IMG/VR virus record: IMGVR_UViG_3300045988_012994
Location: 1 to 27,164 of that record
DNA: 27,164 bases
Strand: one strand, 5' to 3'
DNA from: a virus
Shown: one piece after another, positions 7,183 to 16,609 of the stretch
How the letters are laid out: each line of letters opens with the position of its first letter
Position numbering within the stretch: position 1 is the stretch's first letter
Notes under the pieces: model-generated
What the model saw: only the letters and a program-made list of their open reading frames with translations
Databases searched by the model: none
Told to the model about the DNA's origin: nothing
Position numbers and translations under genes: made by a program

Positions 7183-7764
7183 ATGAATATTGTTGAAAAA
7201 AGATTAAATGAGCTAAAGCCTTATGAGAATAACCCTAGAATCAATGATGGAGCAGTGAAATTTGTTAAAAATTCTATTGAAGAATTCGGTTTCAAAGTGC
7301 CTATTGTTATTGATAAAAATGGAGTGATTGTTGCAGGTCATACACGATATAAAGCTAGTCAAGAATTAGGCTTAGAAACTGTTCCTTGCGTGGTTGCAGA
7401 TGATTTAACAGATGAGCAAGTAAAAGCATTTAGAATTGCAGATAATAAAACGGCAGAAAAAGCGTCGTGGGATTTAGACGCATTAAAGACAGAAATGGAA
7501 GAGCTAGAAGAAATTGACGGAATCGATATGAGAGATTTCGGATTCGGTGATTTTGAAATTAGTGCATTAACTGAGGATATGGAAGCAGAAGGATATGACA
7601 ACGAGCTTATGGACGCATTTAGCGAACATTCAGAAGATATGTTAAAAAAGCAACGTGTAATCATTACATATGAAACAGAGGAAGAACAACTATTCTTAGA
7701 GAAACTCTTGCAGGTAACTGAATTGAAAGTATGTTACGACATCAAGGAATTAATGAATGAATAA
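7183..7764 (+). CDS. ParB-like N-terminal (ParB/Srx nuclease/NTPase) domain protein
   Basis: LKPYENNPRINDGAVKFVKNSIEEFGFKVPIVIDKNGVIVAGHTRYKASQELGLETVPCVV is the ParBc motif set (YENNPR ... GHTR). The tail is acidic. Strong SD AAGGAGGAG. Confidence 0.8.
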   Translation: MNIVEKRLNELKPYENNPRINDGAVKFVKNSIEEFGFKVPIVIDKNGVIVAGHTRYKASQELGLETVPCVVADDLTDEQVKAFRIADNKTAEKASWDLDALKTEMEELEEIDGIDMRDFGFGDFEISALTEDMEAEGYDNELMDAFSEHSEDMLKKQRVIITYETEEEQLFLEKLLQVTELKVCYDIKELMNE

Positions 7765-8524
7765 CATCTATTATGCAATAGCTAGTTACCATAGACCAAA
7801 ATGTAAAACGTATCACGCATTAAAAGAATGTGGAATTGAAGATGAAAGAATCGTTGTGTGTTTAAATGATTCAAATGATTATAAAGCTTACAGACAGAAT
7901 TTAGGAAGCCGAGCGAGAATCATTTTAAGAGAAGGGATGTATGTATCATTCAATAGGAATACATGCCTAAATCAATTTGAAGATGGTTCAAAAATACTAT
8001 TGTTAGATGATGATATAAGGAGCTTCCAAAAATGGTATGAATGTTCTGAAACTAAATGTGGACGTTTAATAAATTTGACAAATAACTTTGAGCGTGAAGT
8101 TAAAAAGATATTTGATTTTATGCAAAAAAACGGAATCAATTATGCCGGTGTAATATCAACCGACAATAAAATGAACATTTCAAAGCTAAATAGGCTAGGT
8201 GAACAATATTCATATAACACGCTTTTACAAGGCGGATTTAATTTCATTATAAAAAATAACAAGATTGTATATGATGAAAAAATGAAAATCTTAGATGATT
8301 ATGAGTTATGCCTTAGATTAATAAGACAAGGACAAATTTTAGCAAGAAATAACACTATTATTGCAAATAAAGCAAGAATGGGAAAAGAAAAAGGTGGATA
8401 TTATGAAATATATAAAACTACAAACCTACAAAAGCAATATCTAAATTTATTGAAAAGAAAATATGATGACATGGTAACAATTAGAGGAAATAACTTAATT
8501 ATTAAAAGAAAATGGAGGATATAA
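7757..8524 (+). CDS. Hypothetical protein, possible GT-A-fold (DxD) glycosyltransferase-like enzyme
   Basis: N-terminal beta-strand/Rossmann-like IYYAIASYHRP followed by SKILLLDDDI (a DxD-type motif). No family was recognised with certainty. Confidence 0.35.
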   Translation: MNNIYYAIASYHRPKCKTYHALKECGIEDERIVVCLNDSNDYKAYRQNLGSRARIILREGMYVSFNRNTCLNQFEDGSKILLLDDDIRSFQKWYECSETKCGRLINLTNNFEREVKKIFDFMQKNGINYAGVISTDNKMNISKLNRLGEQYSYNTLLQGGFNFIIKNNKIVYDEKMKILDDYELCLRLIRQGQILARNNTIIANKARMGKEKGGYYEIYKTTNLQKQYLNLLKRKYDDMVTIRGNNLIIKRKWRI

Positions 8525-8525
8525 G

Positions 8526-9833
8526 GTGAATAAAATCAGTGAGACATATCAATCACCAAGATGGACAGGAGAAATCGCAGATTGCTCATTACCGGTAACA
8601 TTTGACACATATTCCAACTGTTCATTTGGATGTGTTTATTGTTTTAGCCAATATCAAAGAGGTATTGGTGCAAGTAAAGAAGCATATCTTAATAAAGATG
8701 TGAAATGTATCAATGTTGAGAAATGCAAAAAGATTTTCAGTGGAGAAGATACAAAATCACAATTCTATAAATACATTAAAGACAGAAGACCTATTCAATA
8801 TGGTGGATTATCAGACCAATTCGACGGATACGAAAAGAAATATGGTAAAACCTATGAAATGCTCAAGTATATGAAATCTATTAACTATCCTATCTGTTTT
8901 AGTACGAAATCGGCATGGGTATTTAACGACCCTAAATATCAAGAATTATTCAAAGGTGCAGACAATTGGAATGTTAAGTTTAGTATCATCACACTAGATG
9001 AAGAGGACGCAAGAAAAATCGAAGTAGGTGTTCCAAGTCCAAGAAAAAGACTTGAAGCAATGAAAAAATATACTGAACTATCAAAAGGTGGTGCAACTTT
9101 AAGATTGCGTCCGTTTATTGTAGGAGTATCAGATAAAACCTATCTAGATTTAATTAGAGAAGCCAAAAAGGCAGGAGCAACGGCAGTTACTACGGAGTTC
9201 TTTTGCTTAGAAATGAGGTCTATTAAACAAGCTAAGGAGCATTATGATGTGATTAGTGAATGTGCAGGGTTTGATATTGTAGATTTCTATAGAAAACATT
9301 CAAATGGAAGTGGATATTTAAGACTTAACAGAAAAGTAAAGACTAAATACATTCAAAAGATGAAAGAGCTATGTGATGAATTAGGTATGCGATTCTATGT
9401 ATCAGACGCACACTTTAAAGAATGCTCGAATAACTGTTGTTGTTGCGCATTAGACAAGAACTGGGATTACTCAAGAGGAAACTTTAGTGGAGCTTTACAA
9501 ATTGCAAAGAAACATGGAAGAGTACATTGGAAAGATATTGAAAAGGATATGTACTTCTTAGACTTTGAGCGTAACAAAGCGGTTGTTTTTAATACAAATA
9601 CATCAGAAACTAGAGCAAAATATGCAGGAATGACAATGAAAGATTATCTGCATTATTTATGGAATTCACCAAAAGCAGGACAATCACCTTATAAGATTTT
9701 TGAAAAGGTTCTAAAGCCTGTGGGATTTGATGAAAATAATGACATCATTTACGAATATGATAATTCAGTAACATTCTTAAAAAGAACAGAGGAGATTACA
9801 GAACTTGAAACAGAAGAAGCAAGACATGTCTAG
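8526..9833 (+). CDS. Radical SAM enzyme, SPL / COG1533 'DNA repair photolyase'-like
   Basis: CSFGCVYCF is a CxxxCxxC 4Fe-4S/SAM motif about 30 residues from the N-terminus, preceded by W.GE...C.LP..FDTY. TIM-barrel-like spacing follows (GGLSDQFD, ICFSTKS, RLRPFIVGVSD). GTG start lies 6 nt after TGGAGGA. Confidence 0.75.
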   Translation: MNKISETYQSPRWTGEIADCSLPVTFDTYSNCSFGCVYCFSQYQRGIGASKEAYLNKDVKCINVEKCKKIFSGEDTKSQFYKYIKDRRPIQYGGLSDQFDGYEKKYGKTYEMLKYMKSINYPICFSTKSAWVFNDPKYQELFKGADNWNVKFSIITLDEEDARKIEVGVPSPRKRLEAMKKYTELSKGGATLRLRPFIVGVSDKTYLDLIREAKKAGATAVTTEFFCLEMRSIKQAKEHYDVISECAGFDIVDFYRKHSNGSGYLRLNRKVKTKYIQKMKELCDELGMRFYVSDAHFKECSNNCCCCALDKNWDYSRGNFSGALQIAKKHGRVHWKDIEKDMYFLDFERNKAVVFNTNTSETRAKYAGMTMKDYLHYLWNSPKAGQSPYKIFEKVLKPVGFDENNDIIYEYDNSVTFLKRTEEITELETEEARHV

Positions 9834-9975
9834 AGAAGAACATTTACGCCAAATGAAAAGCGTTGAAGAAGAATTAGAAAACACTACATCAGAATATAGA
9901 AAAAGAGATTTAAGAAAAAGATTACAAAGGCTTAAAAAGCAATTGAATCAATATGATTGTTATAGGGGGTATTAA
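9826..9975 (+). CDS. Hypothetical small coiled-coil protein (49 aa)
   Basis: ATG 9826 overlaps the radical-SAM stop and the ORF fills the gap before TerS. Below the ORF-track cutoff. Confidence 0.4.
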   Translation: MSREEHLRQMKSVEEELENTTSEYRKRDLRKRLQRLKKQLNQYDCYRGY

Positions 9976-9976
9976 A

Positions 9977-10318
9977 ATAGCAGAGAAACACGCAGGAGGA
10001 CGTCCAAGAGTAAAGATTGATTATGAAGCGGTTGAAAAGCTTGCTTCTATTGGATGTACGCAAGAAGAAATTGCAGATTTTCTAGGATGTTCGGTAAGAA
10101 CATTATTAAGAAATGGAAAGTTTTGTCAGACATATAAAAAAGGTATAAGCCACTCAAAAAGAAGCTTAAGACGTATGCAATTCGATAAGGCTTCAAAAGG
10201 AAATACGACCATGCTTATTTGGTTAGGTAAACAAATGCTTGGACAGTCCGAAAAGGTTGAACAAACAATGACACATGAGATTGAGGACTTAACACCTTTG
10301 GCAGATTTATTAAAATGA
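9977..10318 (+). CDS. terS: Terminase small subunit (proposed ATA start; alternative ATG 9953)
   Basis: AEKHAGGRPRVKIDYEAVEKLASIGCTQEEIADFLGCSVRTLLRN is a typical TerS N-terminal HTH. ATA 9977 lies 7 nt after AGGGGG (9964-9969) and 1 nt after the upstream stop. ATG 9953 has no SD and lies inside the upstream ORF. Confidence 0.75.
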   Translation: MAEKHAGGRPRVKIDYEAVEKLASIGCTQEEIADFLGCSVRTLLRNGKFCQTYKKGISHSKRSLRRMQFDKASKGNTTMLIWLGKQMLGQSEKVEQTMTHEIEDLTPLADLLK

Positions 10319-11652
10319 TGACTAGAACGATTCCTTGGGGGAAATTTTCAGATAAACACAAGAACTATATTAAGACCGCCCTAAATTACAAACGAAGTGT
10401 AGCAGAAGGAGCGGTACGAAGTGGTAAAACGATTGACCACTGCATAATCTTTTCAATGTATTTAGAAACATGTGAAGATAAAATACATTTAGCGAGTGGG
10501 TCAAGCTTACCGAATGCAAAATTAAATATAGGTGACTGCAATGGTTTCGGCTTAGAGCATATCTTTCGTGGGCGTTGTCGTTGGGGCAAATACAAATCAA
10601 ACGAAGCATTATTTGTCCAAACAAAGACAGGCGAAAAGATAGTGATATTTACAGGTGGTGGAAAGTCCGATTCATATAAGAGCATATTAGGTAACTCATA
10701 TGGTGGATGGATAGCGACCGAAATAAATGAGCATTACGATTGTGATGATTCTAGAACAAGCTTTATCAAGGTAGCAATGGCAAGACAGATTGCAAGCGTA
10801 CATCCATTTACATTATGGGATTTAAACCCATCAAACCCCAACGCAGACATTTATAAGAATTACATAGATAAATTCATGGGGTTAGATTGGTACAGATATG
10901 AGCATTTCAATATCTTTGACAACGCTACAATGAGCCAAGAAAGAATAGAAGAAATCAAAAACAAATATGATATGAATTCAGTATGGTACAAGCGAGATAT
11001 TCTAGGGGAAAGAATGGTTGCCGAAGGACTTGTATTCCCTTATTTTGCTAATGACTGCAAACCTTATTTATTTAAATATCAGAGTCTAAAAGAAAAGATG
11101 AAGGAAGAAGGGAAAAGGTTCAGTCATTTAATCATAGGCGTTGACTTTGGAGACAACGGCTCAAAGTATTCATGGCACTTAACAGGGTTTACAAATGAGT
11201 GGGATTATATGTGGGCACTTGACGAAGGAGACATGGCAAAATCTAATTCCATAGACGCAACAAAGTTTTGCAAAGCATTTGTAAGGTTCTATAAGCGTTG
11301 TGTTGAATGTTACGGATATGTAGAATGGATATTTCCGGACAGTGCTTCTAATACGTTGATAAACACACTTAGAGCTTATTTTTACGCCGAAGGATTAGAC
11401 GGAAGTATAATTGCACCGGTCAAAAAAAATGAGCTTGCAGACCGTCCTATAACGGTTGATAGCTTACTTGTTACAGGTAGGTTAAAGATAGAAGAACATT
11501 GTAAGAACTTAATAAACGCATTGAGCGAATTGGTATGGGATGAAAAAAAAGACATTCCAAAAGATGAGAACGTAAACAATATCAATGATGATTGGGATTC
11601 GTTCTGCTACACATTTATCACACATAGTGGATATATAGATTTAAGGAGGTAA
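10315..11652 (+). CDS. terL: Terminase large subunit
   Basis: Walker A-like AEGAVRSGKT, ATPase then nuclease layout (IIGVDFGDNGS...), 445 aa, ATGA-coupled to TerS. Confidence 0.88.
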   Translation: MMTRTIPWGKFSDKHKNYIKTALNYKRSVAEGAVRSGKTIDHCIIFSMYLETCEDKIHLASGSSLPNAKLNIGDCNGFGLEHIFRGRCRWGKYKSNEALFVQTKTGEKIVIFTGGGKSDSYKSILGNSYGGWIATEINEHYDCDDSRTSFIKVAMARQIASVHPFTLWDLNPSNPNADIYKNYIDKFMGLDWYRYEHFNIFDNATMSQERIEEIKNKYDMNSVWYKRDILGERMVAEGLVFPYFANDCKPYLFKYQSLKEKMKEEGKRFSHLIIGVDFGDNGSKYSWHLTGFTNEWDYMWALDEGDMAKSNSIDATKFCKAFVRFYKRCVECYGYVEWIFPDSASNTLINTLRAYFYAEGLDGSIIAPVKKNELADRPITVDSLLVTGRLKIEEHCKNLINALSELVWDEKKDIPKDENVNNINDDWDSFCYTFITHSGYIDLRR

Positions 11653-11655
11653 GAA

Positions 11656-13059
11656 ATAGAAACATCTAACACACGTAATCCGTGGTTTCAGAATTACCTA
11701 AACGACAGGGGGTATTATGTAGATACAAATGCAATTCAAATTATTGAATTGTGCAACAAGTGGTATACAAATACCGAAACAGAATTTCATACGGCATACA
11801 CCTTGAACAATGAGGAATACACGCTAGACAAGACAGACTTTGCAAAGCGTTTATGCGAGGACGATGCAAACCTTATTGAAATCCTAGATATAAACGCAAC
11901 AGAGGACAGTGCTACAAATGACATTATTTCAGATATTCTAACAAAGAATAGATTTGATGTAATGTATAGGAAACAGGTTGAGCAAATGTCTGCAAATGGT
12001 ACAGTAGGGGCTTATGTTACGGTATCAAATGCCGAGATTTATGAAGATGGTACATTCAGTGGAGGGGAAATTAGAATCAACTATTGTGATTCAATGAATA
12101 TCCTTCCATTAACTGTTATTAATGATGAAATTGTGGAAGTTGCTTTCGTTGGCGTAAATTATGAGAAACTAAAAAAAGTATATGTGATGGTCATGTTCTT
12201 AAAAGGACAAGACGAAAGATATATTGCAGAAACACATTACTTCAAAGATACAGGTGAAGAAATAAAAGACCGTGCTCAGATTGTTCAATTAGATGTGGTT
12301 AAGCCTTTTGCAATTATGAGAAACGCAAAGGTAAACAACCTACAAATGCAAGGTTACGGCTTGCCGAAGATTTGGAGTGCAATTGCTCCACTAAAAACAA
12401 TTGATTTGACAATGACAATGTGGAATCGTGATTTGTTGAAGTCAGATAAAATCGTTCTTGTAAATGAAGCATTAATGCAGAAAGACGAGAATGGAAAGAT
12501 TAAGATGAATCCACAAATGAAAAAGATATTCGTTCAGTTAGGTAGAGATAAACTACCGGAAGAAAAAGCTTTATGGCAAGAATACAATCCAACAGTTAGA
12601 ACACAAGAAGTTGTGCAATCTTTAGAAACTGCTTTAAGTATCTTATCAATGATGTTTGGATTCGGTACAAAGAAATACACATTTGAGAGTGGAAGAATCG
12701 TAACGGCTACAGAATATATCGGCGAAAATCAAGACGCAATGAAGGAAGTAAATTCACAACGTAAAGAATCTACTGCATATATTCAAGATATCATTCAAGC
12801 AATAGCATACTTTTATGAATTAACGCAAGGCAGAAAGCTTAATATCAATTCATTAGACATTGCTATTGATTATGATGATACGTACATTGAGGATAAGCAA
12901 AGCACGGCACAAGCGTTAAGAAATGACGCATTAACATTTGATATTCCAAGATTAAAAATCATGTACTTCATGAAGCAATACGGCTTTACAGAAGAAGAAG
13001 CAACGGAATTATTAAATGAAGAAATTCAAGATGATGGAGAGGGGGATGACGAAGAATAG
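11656..13059 (+). CDS. Portal protein (proposed ATA start)
   Basis: 467 aa ORF immediately after TerL, with an acidic C-terminus. The frame is open from the TerL stop. ATA 11656 lies 6 nt after GGAGG (11645-11649). The first canonical start (TTG 11749) would leave 96 nt of open frame unused. Confidence 0.75.
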   Translation: METSNTRNPWFQNYLNDRGYYVDTNAIQIIELCNKWYTNTETEFHTAYTLNNEEYTLDKTDFAKRLCEDDANLIEILDINATEDSATNDIISDILTKNRFDVMYRKQVEQMSANGTVGAYVTVSNAEIYEDGTFSGGEIRINYCDSMNILPLTVINDEIVEVAFVGVNYEKLKKVYVMVMFLKGQDERYIAETHYFKDTGEEIKDRAQIVQLDVVKPFAIMRNAKVNNLQMQGYGLPKIWSAIAPLKTIDLTMTMWNRDLLKSDKIVLVNEALMQKDENGKIKMNPQMKKIFVQLGRDKLPEEKALWQEYNPTVRTQEVVQSLETALSILSMMFGFGTKKYTFESGRIVTATEYIGENQDAMKEVNSQRKESTAYIQDIIQAIAYFYELTQGRKLNINSLDIAIDYDDTYIEDKQSTAQALRNDALTFDIPRLKIMYFMKQYGFTEEEATELLNEEIQDDGEGDDEE

Positions 13060-13865
13060 CAACTACATATTTTCCATTCGTCTCAAGAAATGGCGATAGA
13101 TTAGTACTATATGACGCTTTCAGAAGATTATTCTCAAGCTACTTTACAAATGGCGTATTCATAGATGATTCTAGTTCAGACCATTTAAGAGTTGAGAAAG
13201 CTCAAGGCTTAACCTTAACAGTTAAAGCAGGACGAGCAAATATTAACGGAGCATTCTATTGGCAAAGGGATGACGAAACCATCACATTAGAAAAGAATAG
13301 CGCTACTAAAAGCTACAATATTATTCTTAGATTGAATGATAATGACGCATACAGAAACATTACCTTAGTAGCAAGTGATATCAATGATGGAATCACAAGA
13401 AGTGATTCTATTTACGATTTAGTATTAGCTACGGTAACAGTAACAGGCAATTCGAACGAAGTTAAAGGCTCAGATATTACTGATACAAGATTAGATTCAA
13501 CACGTTGTGGAGCAGTTACAAGCGCTATTAAGAGTGTACAATCGTTGGATTTATTCACTCAAGTAACGGAGCTATTCAAAGAAATTAAGGCTCAGAATGA
13601 ATCTGAAATGAATGCAAATAGAACAGAGTTCAATGATTGGTTTGAAACTGTAAAAGATACGTTAGACGCAAATACGGCAGGAAAGCTATCGAACAGAATT
13701 TCCAATATTGAAAAGATGATTATGGAGAATCATTTCACTACGATTCTATTAACAGAAGATGGAACATTAGTAGATGAGAATGGTCATGAGATTCTAGCAG
13801 ATTGGGCGTATGAAGTTGATGAAGGTGAAGTAGGTAAAGATTGGACTTACAAGGTGAAATCATGA
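13056..13865 (+). CDS. Tail-fibre / receptor-binding-protein-like structural protein (proposed ATA start)
   Basis: The frame is open for 276 nt upstream of the track start (TTG 13332), with no ATG/GTG/TTG. ATA 13056 overlaps the portal TAG (ATAG) and lies 9 nt after GGAGAGGGGGA. N-terminal TTYFPFVSRNGDRLVLYDAFRRLFSSYFTNGV...AGRANINGAFY...ITDTRLDSTRCG resembles fibre/RBP shoulder domains of Gram-positive phages. Confidence 0.6.
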   Translation: MATTYFPFVSRNGDRLVLYDAFRRLFSSYFTNGVFIDDSSSDHLRVEKAQGLTLTVKAGRANINGAFYWQRDDETITLEKNSATKSYNIILRLNDNDAYRNITLVASDINDGITRSDSIYDLVLATVTVTGNSNEVKGSDITDTRLDSTRCGAVTSAIKSVQSLDLFTQVTELFKEIKAQNESEMNANRTEFNDWFETVKDTLDANTAGKLSNRISNIEKMIMENHFTTILLTEDGTLVDENGHEILADWAYEVDEGEVGKDWTYKVKS

Positions 13866-14161
13866 GACAAGGAACTACGCCAACAATTCAAATAACAATA
13901 AATGATATTGATTTAAATGAAATGCAGAATATCTATGTGGTATTTGAACAAAACGGATATATCTTAAAAAAAGAATCAAGTGATTTAGACATTGAAGGGA
14001 ATGTTATTTCAGTGTTGTTAAGTCAAGAAGAAACGCTCAATTTCAAAGAGGGAACTTGCAACATTCAATTAAGAATGATTACAAAAGGAGGAGTCGCTAT
14101 TGCTTCTCCTATCAAGACAACAAAGGTATATAGAGTATTGAATAAGGAAGTGATTACATGA
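13862..14161 (+). CDS. Hypothetical structural-cassette protein
   Basis: ATGA overlap (13862-13865). The ATG follows AAGGTGA. Confidence 0.55.
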   Translation: MRQGTTPTIQITINDIDLNEMQNIYVVFEQNGYILKKESSDLDIEGNVISVLLSQEETLNFKEGTCNIQLRMITKGGVAIASPIKTTKVYRVLNKEVIT

Positions 14162-14487
14162 TTCTAATGCAAGATATTCAAATGAATATAGAAGATGAAT
14201 CAGACAAACTTCAAATTGAAATCAATGAAGATAAAGAAACATTAACTTTAGGCTTAGATGAGAAGTTCGTTGAAGGTACAAGTGATTATAACAAGCTAAA
14301 GAACAAGCCTAAATTAAATGGTAATGAAATCATTGGAGAGGTTGAAGAAGTAGACCCTACCGTTCCTTTATGGGCGAAAGCAGAAACAAGACCTGTTTAT
14401 ACGCCAGAAGATGTTGGCGCTATGGCAGAAGGTTCTGTAGCATCTGTATCAACAACCGAACTAGATGAATTATGGAATAGTCTATAG
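14158..14487 (+). CDS. Hypothetical fibre-associated protein (DYNKLKNKPKLNG motif)
   Basis: ATGA overlap. SDYNKLKNKPKLNGNEIIG is a motif common in Gram-positive phage fibre proteins. Confidence 0.5.
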   Translation: MILMQDIQMNIEDESDKLQIEINEDKETLTLGLDEKFVEGTSDYNKLKNKPKLNGNEIIGEVEEVDPTVPLWAKAETRPVYTPEDVGAMAEGSVASVSTTELDELWNSL

Positions 14488-14499
14488 GAGGAAAAAAGA

Positions 14500-15108
14500 A
14501 TGGCTATTGAATATTTAGATAAGAGTGGACTAACGCTTTTAATTAGTAAAATTAAAGCTGCATTAGGTGGGAAAGTTGATGTTGTAAGTGGAAAAGGTTT
14601 ATCGACAAACGACTATACAAATGCAGAAAAACAAAAATTAAGTGGTATCGCAAGTGGTGCTCAAGTTAACGTGATTGAGTCTGTAAAGGTTAACGGTACA
14701 AAAGTTGAACCAAGCTCAAAAGCCGTAGATATTTCAGTGCCTACAAAAGTATCACAATTAACAAATGACAGTGGATTTCAAACATCTACGCAAGTAAATT
14801 CAATCGTTACAGGTAAAGGATATCAAACGCAATCACAAGTACAATCGTTGATTAATTCGGCAGTCGGTAATATTACATCTATTAGATATGAAAAGGTAAC
14901 GAGCTTACCTGCTACAGGTTCAAATGGTGTGATTTATTTGGTTGCACATTCACACGGAACGCAAGATATTTATGATGAGTATATTTGGCTTTCAGAGACA
15001 AAGACATATGAAAAGATTGGCAATACAGATATTGATTTATCGGCATATGTTAAGAAGTCAGAATTAACTGCGATTACTACAAATGATTTAAACACAATGT
15101 GGGGTTAG
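14500..15108 (+). CDS. Fibre-like protein (GLSTNDYT..EK.KL motif)
   Basis: Strong SD AGGAGGA. The N-terminal MAIEYLDKSGLTLLISKIKAAL and KGLSTNDYTNAEKQKLSGI are typical of phage tail/head fibre proteins. Confidence 0.6.
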   Translation: MAIEYLDKSGLTLLISKIKAALGGKVDVVSGKGLSTNDYTNAEKQKLSGIASGAQVNVIESVKVNGTKVEPSSKAVDISVPTKVSQLTNDSGFQTSTQVNSIVTGKGYQTQSQVQSLINSAVGNITSIRYEKVTSLPATGSNGVIYLVAHSHGTQDIYDEYIWLSETKTYEKIGNTDIDLSAYVKKSELTAITTNDLNTMWG

Positions 15109-15111
15109 TAT

Positions 15112-15357
15112 ATGGCTTTCGTATTCAAAGACAAAGCTTCTATTCAGTGGCTTGTCTCGAAAATAAAGTCTGTAACCACATCACATAACGCATTGAATCA
15201 AATGGTTATGAATAACCACTTTACCACAAATCTAAACGCAACAAGTGCTCAAGATTTAGTGGATGAAAAAGGAAATACAATCTTAGCCGATTGGTCTTAT
15301 GAAGTAGCAAGTGGAGAAGTTGGTAAGGATTGGAAATATAAAATCAAGGAGGAATAA
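15112..15357 (+). CDS. Small protein duplicating the C-terminal module of the 13056 ORF
   Basis: NNHFTTNL...LVDEKGNTILADWSYEVASGEVGKDWKYKIKEE compares with ENHFTTIL...LVDENGHEILADWAYEVDEGEVGKDWTYKVKS. Confidence 0.6.
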   Translation: MAFVFKDKASIQWLVSKIKSVTTSHNALNQMVMNNHFTTNLNATSAQDLVDEKGNTILADWSYEVASGEVGKDWKYKIKEE

Positions 15358-15358
15358 C

Positions 15359-16252
15359 ATGCCAGGAAAACAAGTAACAGAATTAGACGCATTGCCTAGC
15401 TTTACCGATACAAGCTTATTGCCTGTGCATAATGGTGCAGGATTGAAAAAAGGCTTATTATCGCAACTAGCTAATTATTTAGGAAAAAAATTCAGTAATC
15501 CGAATTTATTGATTAATGCGGATTTTAAAATCAATCAAAGAGGTGCTACAAGCTACGAACAACAAGGTTATTCAGTAGATAGATGGAAGATTTGGAATGT
15601 TACGGTTACACCAAGCACAAGTGGAGGAATTACTGTAAAGAGCGATAAATACTCAGATACCGGAAATATTTTGCAATACTTAGAAAATGCGACGGAGGGC
15701 GATTCTACATTATCGTGTTATGTAACGTCTGTAAGTGGAACAGTGACAATGGTAGCAGATGATGATTCACAAGTAATATTGAAACAAGGATTAAATGTCT
15801 TACATATAAGTAAGAGTACAAAATCGTTTAAAATCTTTTTAAATCGAGGAACTAGCATAACGCTTAAATGGGTCAAATTGGAGCAAGGTAAAGTAGCTAC
15901 GGAATTTATTGCTCCAAATTATGCAGAAGAAATTTTGAAGTGTCAAAGATTCTATGTAGTCCTAGAAAGTTCATTAGCCGGCTATGGAGCTAATAACGCT
16001 ATATATATTCCTTTTTCAAGGGGCGTTTATATGCGAAGTAGCCGAAATGTAATCTTTAAAGGGAATAACAAGCAAACTTTTCTTAGAGTTAACGGAACAG
16101 GTAAACAAATTTCGTTTAGCACAACCAATGGTTATGCAAATAATCAATATGTACGTGTATATACAAACCCTGTAGATACATCATTAAACAATACTGCAAT
16201 TGGTATAGATTTAAACGATGTGACAATAAGTGTAGACGCAGAGATTTATTAG
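15359..16252 (+). CDS. Tail-fibre / receptor-binding-like protein
   Basis: ATG 15359 lies 6 nt after AAGGAGGA. It has an N-terminal QVTELDALPSFTDTSLLPVHNG anchor-like motif and a C-terminal domain containing ...EEILKCQRFY..., as seen in Gram-positive phage fibre tips. Confidence 0.55.
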   Translation: MPGKQVTELDALPSFTDTSLLPVHNGAGLKKGLLSQLANYLGKKFSNPNLLINADFKINQRGATSYEQQGYSVDRWKIWNVTVTPSTSGGITVKSDKYSDTGNILQYLENATEGDSTLSCYVTSVSGTVTMVADDDSQVILKQGLNVLHISKSTKSFKIFLNRGTSITLKWVKLEQGKVATEFIAPNYAEEILKCQRFYVVLESSLAGYGANNAIYIPFSRGVYMRSSRNVIFKGNNKQTFLRVNGTGKQISFSTTNGYANNQYVRVYTNPVDTSLNNTAIGIDLNDVTISVDAEIY

Positions 16253-16260
16253 GAGAAGCT

Positions 16261-16608
16261 ATGGAAAACGAATATAAAGTATACGTATCCTTACAAGATG
16301 GATACATCACATCTATTAATTCAGATATTTTCTTATCACAAGATGAAATTCAAGCAATGACAGAGATTGACCAAGGTCAAGGAGATAAATACGCTCATGC
16401 TCAAAGCCAATATCTAGAAAAAGGATTGGTTGACGAACACGGAAGATATAACTACAAATATGTAGAAGGTAAAGTGATTGAGGTTGCAGAAGGAGACAAA
16501 CCTACAATCGAAGAACCAAAAGCAGTACCGACTGAGCAAGAAAAGATTAACGCACAATTAATGTTACAGATTGCTCAATTAAAAGCTCAAATGAATGGGG
16601 TGAAGTAG
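16261..16608 (+). CDS. XkdW-position hypothetical protein
   Basis: SD AGGAGAAG. It precedes an XkdX-like gene, as in PBSX-type fibre modules. Confidence 0.5.
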   Translation: MENEYKVYVSLQDGYITSINSDIFLSQDEIQAMTEIDQGQGDKYAHAQSQYLEKGLVDEHGRYNYKYVEGKVIEVAEGDKPTIEEPKAVPTEQEKINAQLMLQIAQLKAQMNGVK

Positions 16609-16609
16609 T

